A stretch of 54,985 nt of DNA, the filler included, from Stramenopiles sp. TOSAG23-2 (lineage: Eukaryota): assembly GCA_900128395.1 (NCBI GenBank). It is 4 parts of 4 records of this genome, joined end to end, with 100 filler letters (N's around TTAATTAATTAA, not from the genome) between each part and the next. Parts side by side here need not be neighbours in the genome. Positions count along the whole stretch, not along the records: positions 41,360 to 54,985 come from LT649792.1; 3 more parts are not named here. One strand, written 5' to 3'. Of this stretch, positions 54,336 to 54,985 are shown one piece after another. The position numbers and the translations under genes are program-made. The notes beneath the pieces were generated by a model. That model was not told the origin of the DNA. It saw only the letters and a list, made by a program, of their open reading frames with translations, and did no database searches. How positions within the stretch are numbered: the stretch's first letter is position 1; every line of letters starts with the position of its first letter.

Positions 54336-54737
54336 TTATTTGCTACCATGTGCCATTTTCCAGTGTCCACGAAATAACAAAAGTGAGGCAGTTGTAAATA
54401 CAACAGCAGATATTGCATTAACCAAACCGTCACCTTTGCCTTTTAAATATGTTGGATTATCAGCACCATGCAAATGTGGATTTTGTTGATAATGTACTTG
54501 TTTTGATCCTACACTGTTTGCCTTGTTATTTAAGCCATCAACAATGGTACCTACATGTAGTATATATATTTATTAAAAAGTTTGTTAGTTTAAATTCCTA
54601 AAATAAATAATAATAAATAGTAGTTAAAAAAGTATAGCTATACATATATTATATAACTTACGTTTTTGTTGCATTTGTGCACGTTGCATTGCAGGTCTGA
54701 ATGTACGTTTAGATAAAAGTCTTAAAGCAGTCGACAT
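54336..54737 (-). CDS. COX7A: Cytochrome c oxidase subunit VIIa-like; two exons (54737-54662, 54550-54336), 96 aa
   Basis: 111-bp intron with GTAAGT donor, ACTAAC branch site and TAG acceptor. The spliced product MSTALRLLSKRTFRPAMQRAQMQQKRTIVDGLNNKANSVGSKQVHYQQNPHLHGADNPTYLKGKGDGLVNAISAVVFTTASLLLFRGHWKMAHGSK has a mitochondrial presequence, the NxVxxKQxxxQ..PxxLKG..D motif and one TM helix. Confidence 0.8.
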
Positions 54738-54911
54738 GTTTTAAACTATATTATTTCTCTGTTTTTTTATATTGTTCCTTTTACAATCTAATCAAATTAA
54801 TATAATAAATATAAATATAAATATATATATATATATAATTGTTATGTTCTGAATGATTGATTATGAATCTATCTATGTATCTGATCTATAACACTTCTAT
54901 TTCTATGGTTT

Positions 54912-54985
54912 GATGGTGTACAAAGTACTGGTTTTTGATCCCATCTAATGGGTTTTGATAGGATGATTATACTTAGTAGTATAAG
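54912..54985 (-). mobile_element. Second, inverted copy of the 43.7-kb repeat element (runs off the window end)
   Basis: 74 bp that are the exact reverse complement of 43892-43965, including the terminal ACACCATC. Confidence 0.75.

Noticed and set aside
43703-54985. One 11-kb transposon bounded by the two inverted repeat copies
   Set aside because: No transposase lies inside, the content includes housekeeping-like genes (COX7A, SPFH), and the left copy has its own flanking direct repeats.

Overview
AT-rich, gene-dense, almost intron-free eukaryotic DNA, not prokaryotic. The evidence is GSK3, SWR1, Spc24, OCRL, a class C GPCR, one GT-AG intron and poly-Asn tracts. The protein set suggests a heterotrophic protist, probably a stramenopile; this is inference and no phylogeny was run. 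The window is a draft assembly: three 100-bp N-TTAATTAATTAA-N linkers join contigs whose adjacency may not be real, there is one 187-bp gap, and perfect 66-142-bp tandem duplications at gene ends look like unmerged overlaps. About 22 protein genes are supportable. Five multidomain proteins stand out: (1) a JMJD7-PHOSPHO-proline iminopeptidase triple enzyme; (2) a GPAT-type acyltransferase with a dsRBD-like insert that itself contains EF-hands, fused to a lipase; (3) an Elp3-like radical SAM/KAT enzyme with an internal two-helix hydrophobic insert and rewritten conserved motifs; (4) SWR1 fused to WW, F-box and beta-helix; (5) a class C GPCR with a betaine-binding (OpuAC/ProX)-like ectodomain. 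Also seen: a PurD-PurN-PurM fusion order, a dispersed 60-bp-unit repeat element bounded by ACACCATC, a recurrent TACCWGGTA upstream motif, two split genes, and a spliced COX7A-like gene missing from the ORF track. No rRNA, tRNA or CRISPR array was recognised.
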